This document shows positions 57,667 to 64,000 of a DNA stretch of 64,000 nt, one piece after another. A program made the translations under genes and the position numbers. Below the pieces are notes generated by a model. That model saw only the letters and a list, made by a program, of their open reading frames with translations, was not told where the DNA came from and searched no databases. The first letter of the stretch is position 1; the number at the start of each line of letters is the position of its first letter. Source of the stretch: a virus; IMG/VR virus record IMGVR_UViG_3300028393_000022. One strand, 5' to 3'.

Positions 57667-59447
57667 GCTTTAACATCAAGACAATCACAGTTAAGAACTT
57701 TCTTAGCGTGGGAAATCAGACACAGGCTGTTGATTTTGACAAGCAACATCTAACATTGGTACTGGGATCTAACTTAGATCTAGGCGGTGACGACACAGGA
57801 TCGCGCAATGGTACCGGCAAAACTACAATGATCAATGCATTGAGTTATGCATTGTACGGGCAAGCCCTTACTAATATTAAAAAAGAAAATTTAATTAACA
57901 AGACCAATGGCAAATCCATGTTGGTCACAGTTGAGTTTGAGAAGAATGGCGTCATTTATCGTATCGAGCGGGGTCGCAAACCTAATGTTCTTAAATTATA
58001 TGTCAACGATCAGGAGTTAAAATCTAAAGATTCAGAGGATGATAGCCAAGGCGATAGCCGTGAAACACAGAAAGCAATCGAGCAGATGCTGGAAATGAGT
58101 CACACTATGTTCAAGCACTTGGTTGCACTGAACACTTACACTGAGCCGTTCCTATCTATGAAGGCTGCGGAGCAGCGTGAAGTTATTGAACAACTATTGG
58201 GTATTACTTTACTAAGTGAAAAAGCAGAAGCACTTAAAACATTAATCAAAGAAAGCAAAGATTCTATACAGATTGAGACAGTTAGAATTGATGCTGTTAA
58301 AGGTGCAAATGAAAATGTGCAAAAAAGTATCGATAGTTTGCACTTAAAAAGTTCAGCATGGGAAAATAAGCACGACAGCGAACTAGAAAATCTAGGTCGT
58401 GCCATTGTTAATCTTGAAGCTGTTGATATTGAAGCAGAGTTATCAGCACATATTGCATTGCAACAGTGGACAGAGAACAATAATAAGCTACGCGACCTAA
58501 CTAGACAACGTGCAACATTGGAATCTGCTGTAGGGCAAGCTGAAAAGACTCTTAAGAAATATAAAACAGAGTTAGAAAGCCTTGGAAATAAAAAGTGTCA
58601 TGCTTGCGAGCAAGAACTTCACGACCACAAGCACGAAGAAATGACTGCTACTGCTACGCAGCATTACGACGAAGCCTATGAATACTGGCAGAAGATGCGG
58701 GCACAACTTAAACAGATAACAGAAGAAATTGCTGCTGTTGGTGAGTTGCCACACAAACCTTCTACTTACTATGATACAGAAGCAGAAGCGTTGGGTCATA
58801 AAAATAATCTTGCCAGTTTAGAAAGATCATTAGACGCAAAGGTTGTAGAAGCCAATCCTTATAATGAGCAGATCGAAGAATTGAAAAAGACTGCGATCCA
58901 AGAAATCAACTGGGGCACTGTTAATTCACTAACTAAGCTAAAAGATCATCAGGAATTCTTGCACAAACTGCTGACAAACAAAGATAGTTTTATCCGTAAA
59001 AAGATTATCGATCAAAACTTGAGCTACTTGAACAAGAGATTGAGCTACTATATTGATAAACTGGGTTTGCCGCATCGTGTTATTTTTCAAAATGATCTAA
59101 GTGTTGAGATTACGCAGTTAGGACAAGATTTAGATTTTGATAATTTAAGTCGTGGTGAGAGAAACAGATTAATTTTATCTATGAGTTTTGCTTTCCGAGA
59201 TGTTTGGGAAGGATTATATCAAAGCATGAACTTATTGTTCATCGATGAGCTTGTAGATGCTGGCATGGATACAGCGGGGGTGGAATCTGCACTGGCTGTA
59301 TTGAAAAAAATGGCCAGAGAGAGAAATAAGAATATATACTTAATATCGCATAAAGACGAATTAGTGGGCAGAGTTAATAATGTACTTAGAGTTATTAAAG
59401 AAAACGGTTTTACCAGTTACTCAAACGATGTAGACTATGTCGAATGA
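57663..59447 (+). CDS. gp46: Recombination ATPase subunit (gp46/SbcC/Rad50)
   Basis: NGTGKT, Zn-hook CHAC, LSRGE, LLFIDE and ISH. Confidence 0.94.
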   Translation: MSFNIKTITVKNFLSVGNQTQAVDFDKQHLTLVLGSNLDLGGDDTGSRNGTGKTTMINALSYALYGQALTNIKKENLINKTNGKSMLVTVEFEKNGVIYRIERGRKPNVLKLYVNDQELKSKDSEDDSQGDSRETQKAIEQMLEMSHTMFKHLVALNTYTEPFLSMKAAEQREVIEQLLGITLLSEKAEALKTLIKESKDSIQIETVRIDAVKGANENVQKSIDSLHLKSSAWENKHDSELENLGRAIVNLEAVDIEAELSAHIALQQWTENNNKLRDLTRQRATLESAVGQAEKTLKKYKTELESLGNKKCHACEQELHDHKHEEMTATATQHYDEAYEYWQKMRAQLKQITEEIAAVGELPHKPSTYYDTEAEALGHKNNLASLERSLDAKVVEANPYNEQIEELKKTAIQEINWGTVNSLTKLKDHQEFLHKLLTNKDSFIRKKIIDQNLSYLNKRLSYYIDKLGLPHRVIFQNDLSVEITQLGQDLDFDNLSRGERNRLILSMSFAFRDVWEGLYQSMNLLFIDELVDAGMDTAGVESALAVLKKMARERNKNIYLISHKDELVGRVNNVLRVIKENGFTSYSNDVDYVE

Positions 59448-59742
59448 AGAGATAAACAAGTATAAGGAACTGTATAGTCAACTGATTAGTGAATTAGTTG
59501 GCTTGCATAATACCCATGCTTCGTTTGTTAGGAATGTTGGTAGAGATACCGGCAATGCTTGTAGGAGACATCTGAGAGCAATATCAAATATTGCCACTGA
59601 ATTAAAAAGACAGGGGCAAAAAGTTGGAAAAGAAAGCACAGCTAATAGAAGAGCTGAGAAGAAAGCTGCAATAGCAGAACAAGCAAGGCTTAACGCTATA
59701 CCAAAAAAACGAGGCCGTAAGCCAAAAGGAACTATAAAATGA
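59437..59742 (+). CDS. Basic Hc1-like protein with an AT-hook-like tail
   Basis: Similar to the downstream Hc1-like protein; C-terminal KKRGRKPK. Confidence 0.55.
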   Translation: MSNEEINKYKELYSQLISELVGLHNTHASFVRNVGRDTGNACRRHLRAISNIATELKRQGQKVGKESTANRRAEKKAAIAEQARLNAIPKKRGRKPKGTIK

Positions 59743-59936
59743 ATGATACTAATACACAATTACAAGCAACCTTTGCAGAATTCTTAGCTGAAGATGCAAA
59801 ATTTACAGGTGGTAACTCTGCCGCTGGCACACGCTCACGCAAGGCTCTAGCAGAGTTAAGCAAGTTAGTTAAAGCCCGCCGTAACGAAATCACTGCCGAG
59901 AAGAATGCTCGCAAGGAAGCCAAGGCAACAAAATAA
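59739..59936 (+). CDS. Histone H1-like (Hc1 family) protein
   Basis: KFTGGNSAAGTRSRKALAELSKLVKARRNEI. Confidence 0.7.
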   Translation: MNDTNTQLQATFAEFLAEDAKFTGGNSAAGTRSRKALAELSKLVKARRNEITAEKNARKEAKATK

Positions 59937-59939
59937 TCA

Positions 59940-60368
59940 ATGACTTGGACCTACAAAGGCTCTATAGTTAACGAACTTCCTGAAGATTGTATCGGTTATG
60001 TTTACTGCATAACCAATATAACCTCAGGACGCCAATACATTGGCAAAAAATTAGCAAAATTCTCTAAAACGACCTACAAGACGATCACGTTGAAGAACGG
60101 CACAAAAAAGAAAAAGAAGATTCGAAGCAAAATCGACAGCGACTGGCAGGAATATTACGGGTCCAGTCCTAATTTAACAGCAGATATCAACACCCTAGGC
60201 AAAGACAACTTCTCTCGCGAAATACTATACTATTGTAAATCCAAAGCAGAAACATCTTACATTGAGGCCCGCGAACAATTCGACCGCAAAGTATTAGAAT
60301 CCGACGATTACTATAACGGACATATCCAAGTCCGTGTCCATGGCTCTCACATAAAATCTAAAATTTAA
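59940..60368 (+). CDS. Single-domain GIY-YIG nuclease
   Basis: GYVYCITN...QYIGKK, YYGSS, FSREIL, E...YYN. Confidence 0.85.
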   Translation: MTWTYKGSIVNELPEDCIGYVYCITNITSGRQYIGKKLAKFSKTTYKTITLKNGTKKKKKIRSKIDSDWQEYYGSSPNLTADINTLGKDNFSREILYYCKSKAETSYIEAREQFDRKVLESDDYYNGHIQVRVHGSHIKSKI

Positions 60369-60374
60369 TCTAAC

Positions 60375-60760
60375 ACCAAAGGTTGGCGGGCCAGTTTGTA
60401 ATACCGCTGTGGAAAAACTGGGGAATAACCAGACACGTAACATGATGATGCACTCCCGTGGGTATATCCCACCAGCCTGAAAAATTGGTCGCGAGTCTAA
60501 GAGCACGAACCCTACGCTCAACGCATTGTCATAGTATGAATGTTAGCATACGAAAAACCGTGCTATAAACACTTAGACACTAGGAACGAGGTCTAAGACG
60601 CATTATGCGAGTCGATGTAGGTTGGGAAAGATCAGAGCCCATTAGCATTACGGTAAAAACACCTATTTCCAATGTCTCGGCCTGTGATAACTCACATGAA
60701 GACAAAAAGCGGAACCGCTCAAAACGGTTCCGTCTGACCAAAATAATCTACATGAATTTA
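60375..60760 (+). ncRNA. Candidate large structured non-coding RNA (family not recognised)
   Basis: Dense nested and long-range complementary segments in a relatively GC-rich intergenic region (see findings). Confidence 0.5.
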
Positions 60761-60834
60761 AAAAGCTTCGCTGAAACAATTGCTTCAAGTAAGAGCGTAA
60801 GCGATTACGAAGAAGCAAATGAGCGTCAGCTCAT

Positions 60835-60842
60835 TATAAATA
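60835..60842 (+). promoter_or_regulatory. T4-type late promoter TATAAATA
   Basis: Exact match, 30 nt upstream of ATG 60872. The TAAATA core also precedes late genes at 2118, 21047, and on the minus strand at 27969, 48050, 48520 and 55609. Confidence 0.75.
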
Positions 60843-60871
60843 AAAGAAACAACTTCTTAGGAAATCCCTTT

Positions 60872-61489
60872 ATGCGTATCACTGAATTAATAATTGAAAA
60901 CAATCAAATAGATGAAATATCTCTTAAAGGTATCGGTCAAGGTCTAAGCAAGGCTGCTGATGCAGTTGGAGGTGCTGTTGGTGGCGTGCAAGGACAATGG
61001 GCTGGAATGCAAAATGTATATAATCAAAAAAGAGATAGAGTGGCGGCTGTAGCTCAAAGAAATGCAGAACAAGCAGGTGGTTATAAAAAGCCCGCCGCAC
61101 CAGTTGTAGCACCTACTCCAATAGCCGCTGTTCCTCCTACTGCACCAGCAGCTAATGCGGTGCCTAACAGTGGAACAATGTCAATTAATGGCAACAAATT
61201 AGATCCTAAGAATCCAGCTGATGCTAAAATAATTGCTCAGATACAGGCACAAGATGCACATAATGCTACCCAACAGGCTGCTCCACAACCAAGTGCAACT
61301 GCGGCACCGAGTGCCCCTCCTCGTCGTCTTGTAGGTCCAAAGGGAGTAGCCGCTGTTGAAAAAGCATACAAATCTTTACCAGATCCGCAACGTAGTCAAG
61401 CAAGACAAAGCATTGCAGCGATTGACGCAGGAGTTAAAGAAAGTTTGACTGTTGGTTATAAAAGTAATTTTCTAGGTCTAGTAATTTAA
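60872..61489 (+). CDS. Ala/Pro/Gln-rich late protein (possible internal head protein)
   Basis: Start reassigned to ATG 60872 (MRITELIIENNQIDE) after the late promoter and SD AGGA. Confidence 0.65.
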   Translation: MRITELIIENNQIDEISLKGIGQGLSKAADAVGGAVGGVQGQWAGMQNVYNQKRDRVAAVAQRNAEQAGGYKKPAAPVVAPTPIAAVPPTAPAANAVPNSGTMSINGNKLDPKNPADAKIIAQIQAQDAHNATQQAAPQPSATAAPSAPPRRLVGPKGVAAVEKAYKSLPDPQRSQARQSIAAIDAGVKESLTVGYKSNFLGLVI

Positions 61490-61716
61490 AAGAACGGCAT
61501 CTGCGTTTCTTTGGTCATTTCTAAATTACCTTCAATAATCTTAGTAAGCAGTTCTCTATCTTCAGGCGATAATAAAAATGCCTCTGAGAAACTTAGACCA
61601 CCTCTCATATACCAAGCGAATCTAAAAAGTTCTTCTTTTAAGGCTTTTGTATCAGTCTCGTATTCTTTTATGAGCTTATTGATACCATTAGTATCAAGAT
61701 ACAAAAGCCTTATACG
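61486..61716 (-). CDS. Tail assembly chaperone C-terminal extension (gpT-like), reached by -1 frameshift
   Basis: Only a TTG start with no SD; in the -1 frame from T_TTT_TTC at 61722-61716. Confidence 0.65.
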   Translation of the reverse strand, partial: RIRLLYLDTNGINKLIKEYETDTKALKEELFRFAWYMRGGLSFSEAFLLSPEDRELLTKIIEGNLEMTKETQMPFF

Positions 61717-62582
61717 AAAAAAGTTGCAGGATCAAATACTAATGGAACGTCAATTGTTTCACCAGTGATGCCATTTGCCCTCATTTCGTCAGTAACTTGA
61801 ACAGTAATTGGTTTTAAAGAATTTATTTCTCGCAATTGTTCAATGTGATTTTGAACAATATTAAAAATATCTTTGTCGGCATTGTCAATAAATTCTTTAA
61901 TGTGCCTTGGATCTTCAGTGCCGCCGTTAGTTGAATCTATTTTGTAAATGCTTTTCTCAACTATACCAATGGTAACATCTGATAGCTTGCTAAAACTTTC
62001 TTTAAATGCAGCAATTTTGTCAGCTTCACTCATTGCAGCATCGTTGGCAATTTGCAAAATCTTTTGAGTTTCAAATGTTTTTACAGCACTTTCACTGATC
62101 TGCTTGTAGTTCAAAGGACGAACATACACAGTTAGATCTTGACTTACCTGTACAGCACTTTCCCAGGTAATGTTTTGCATTAACGAATCCATTATGGTAC
62201 GTAGATCCGTTGTGTATTCCATTTCAATATCTTCTCCAAACGTAATAGGAGTTGTCATCTTTTCACCATAGGTTGCCAATCGAATTGCAATTAACAACAC
62301 ATCTAAATCGATACTGGGCACCATCCATGCATTTTTAATATTTGGAATACAATGTTGGATAACATCTACAACGGCCTGCCCGCTCATTACAGCATCTGGA
62401 ACTTTAAGCATTAGTTCGTCTTTGGCAGTCATGGAAAACACGGGTAGTTCTCCATTTTCAGACATTTCTAAACTGCCTGCTGGCCAAAATTGTCCATTGC
62501 TGGGCAAACGAATGTAGATTTTTGGTTGCCTCATGAAAGAAGCAAGCGGGTTTGGTTGTATGTTGGTTAGGTTAGCTACCAT
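61710..62582 (-). CDS. Baseplate hub assembly/tail assembly chaperone (gp26-like)
   Basis: LPS.G...MTAKDE...D.D.LLIAIRLATYGE; adjacent to the tape measure gene. Confidence 0.7.
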   Translation of the reverse strand: MVANLTNIQPNPLASFMRQPKIYIRLPSNGQFWPAGSLEMSENGELPVFSMTAKDELMLKVPDAVMSGQAVVDVIQHCIPNIKNAWMVPSIDLDVLLIAIRLATYGEKMTTPITFGEDIEMEYTTDLRTIMDSLMQNITWESAVQVSQDLTVYVRPLNYKQISESAVKTFETQKILQIANDAAMSEADKIAAFKESFSKLSDVTIGIVEKSIYKIDSTNGGTEDPRHIKEFIDNADKDIFNIVQNHIEQLREINSLKPITVQVTDEMRANGITGETIDVPLVFDPATFFV

Positions 62583-62654
62583 AATTTTATCTCCGATAAA
62601 TAAACAATGCGATTAGACCATATATTTATCTACGCAGATAACCACTAAAAAACA

Positions 62655-64000
62655 ATGGCAGAAGTCACCGGATCAATAGGCAGCGAAGAAGTAGTACTGA
62701 ATAATGCGGCTACTGAAGCTACGCTACGGCTGATACTTCAAGCATCTCTTGCAACTACCAAAGCACAAAAAGAAGCTATTAAAGAGCTGGCAACTAAATC
62801 AGGACTAGATCCTAAGATAGTTGAGCAGATGAATACCAATGCTAAACAGTCTTCGGGAATGTTTAGCAACTTATCCACAGTAGGTTGGCAAACTGCTGAT
62901 AAGATTCGAACATTGGACAGAAGCATTTCTCCGTTGGTTGATAATTTAACCAAAGGTACTGCTACTCTAGGAAATGTGTTTGGTGCGTTTGAAGCAATGC
63001 CCGGAATACTGGGTGTATTTGCCACAGCACTAAAACGTGTTTCTGATTTTCAAGACGAAAATATGAAGATGTACCAGCAGGTAAGTACATCTGGTGTTAA
63101 TTTTGGTGGTAGTTTGACGCAATTGCGTCAAGCTGCTCTCAGCACTTATATGACATTAGATCAGTTTTCTAGCATGATGAAAAACAACGGTGAAGTGTTT
63201 GCCAAGATGGGCGGCACCGTTAATCAAGGTGCTAAATCGTTTGTTAAGGCCAGCAACACTTTGTTAAGCAGTGACGCAGGTAATAATTTAAGAGCATTGG
63301 GCTACACTACTGAAGAAGTTAATCAAGGAATGTTAAATTACATTTCATTGACAGGTGGTCGTAATAGACAAGAGATGCAGGACACTGCTGCTCTTACCAA
63401 AGGTACTACACTGTATCTAGAAGAATTAGATCAGCTGGCTCAAATTACAGGCAAGAGCAGAGAAGAGCAGCAAAAGAAATTAAAAGAAGAAATGGAAGAA
63501 GCAGAATTCCAACTGTTCCTTGCAAGCAAATCAAAAGAAGAACGTGAATTAATTGAACAGAACGTTAAGCGAGCTACATCATTATATGGAAAAGGCGGTG
63601 CAGATATTGCCAAAGCCAGTGCAATGGGTGTTGCAGTACAGGGAGAAGCAGGTAAAAAATTAACTGCACTTAGCGGACAAACAGCCGATTCTATAAAAAG
63701 AGATCTAGATCTAAGACGTACCTACGGTGCAAAGAGTCAAGAAGTTCAAGATAACGAAATTAAAGGCAGACAATCTAATGCTAGAGATCTAGGCAGACTC
63801 GCTGGAGCAGTGGGCTCGTACAGTGGTGTGCTAAAAGGCAACGAAGATGCAGTTAAACTGGCTGCAAAAGATAGAATTGCAGGCGAGCAAGCAATTAAAG
63901 AACAATATTCTGAAGCTGCTAAAGAAACAGCAGAAAGAAAAGAATCTGAAGCAAAAGATGCGGCAAAATCTCAACAAGCTATTCAAGAGTTTGGCCAAGC
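62655..64000 (+). CDS. Tape measure protein (runs off the 3' edge of the window)
   Basis: Frame from ATG 62655 (MAEVTGSIGSEEVVLNNAATEATL...) is Ala/Gln/Lys-rich and helical. It is absent from the ORF track, consistent with no stop inside the window. Confidence 0.75.
   Translation, partial: MAEVTGSIGSEEVVLNNAATEATLRLILQASLATTKAQKEAIKELATKSGLDPKIVEQMNTNAKQSSGMFSNLSTVGWQTADKIRTLDRSISPLVDNLTKGTATLGNVFGAFEAMPGILGVFATALKRVSDFQDENMKMYQQVSTSGVNFGGSLTQLRQAALSTYMTLDQFSSMMKNNGEVFAKMGGTVNQGAKSFVKASNTLLSSDAGNNLRALGYTTEEVNQGMLNYISLTGGRNRQEMQDTAALTKGTTLYLEELDQLAQITGKSREEQQKKLKEEMEEAEFQLFLASKSKEERELIEQNVKRATSLYGKGGADIAKASAMGVAVQGEAGKKLTALSGQTADSIKRDLDLRRTYGAKSQEVQDNEIKGRQSNARDLGRLAGAVGSYSGVLKGNEDAVKLAAKDRIAGEQAIKEQYSEAAKETAERKESEAKDAAKSQQAIQEFGQ

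Noticed and set aside
60605-60871. N-terminal 89 codons of the 294-aa ORF in the track
   Set aside because: They overlap the structured non-coding region. A late promoter and SD point to ATG 60872 as the real start.
387-63025. Numerous short antisense or alternate-frame ORFs in the track (e.g. 6995-7429, 18987-19499, 51446-51856, 62738-63025)
   Set aside because: They are shadows of longer, motif-supported genes and have no SD or recognisable domains.
1-64000. tRNA or rRNA genes, inteins, stop-codon reassignment
   Set aside because: No cloverleaf or rRNA motifs were seen. The polymerase and gp46 are of normal length without intein motifs. Genes are full-length and densely packed in the standard code.

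Overview
This window is an AT-rich segment of a large, T4-like (myovirus-type, probably jumbo) dsDNA phage genome read in the standard genetic code. The + strand from 1 to 23.2 kb carries a modular head-type protein, a Zn deaminase, a superoxide dismutase, a B-family DNA polymerase, a probable sliding clamp and a 7-deazaguanine DNA-modification cluster. That cluster comprises a TGT/DpdA-like protein, a QueD-fold DpdL-like protein, a glycosyltransferase, a cupin, a MazG-like protein and QueE. RNase H, an AAA+/VWA pair and thyA follow. Two antisense homing endonucleases and an antisense radical SAM gene are interspersed. The - strand from 23.2 to 55.6 kb is a tail/baseplate operon: fibres, an S8 protease, a 4657-aa protein, and gp6-, gp25-, gp5(GH19)- and gp53-like genes. 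After it come a gp55-like late sigma factor, gp47/gp46, two Hc1-like proteins, a GIY-YIG nuclease followed by a roughly 400-nt highly structured non-coding region, a tail assembly chaperone and the start of the tape measure gene. The main observations are as follows. (1) The DpdA-like enzyme shares an identical 9-aa peptide, NTFGSLFSF, with the extreme C-terminus of the DNA polymerase. This suggests clamp-tethered, replication-coupled guanine replacement, possibly with glycosylation. (2) There is a candidate large ncRNA. (3) Two in-frame -1 frameshift sites are present. (4) An HNH endonuclease insertion left an orphan 5' stub of the glycosyltransferase gene. (5) A tandem hairpin operator lies upstream of the polymerase. 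All annotations come from motif recognition by eye; no database searches were run.
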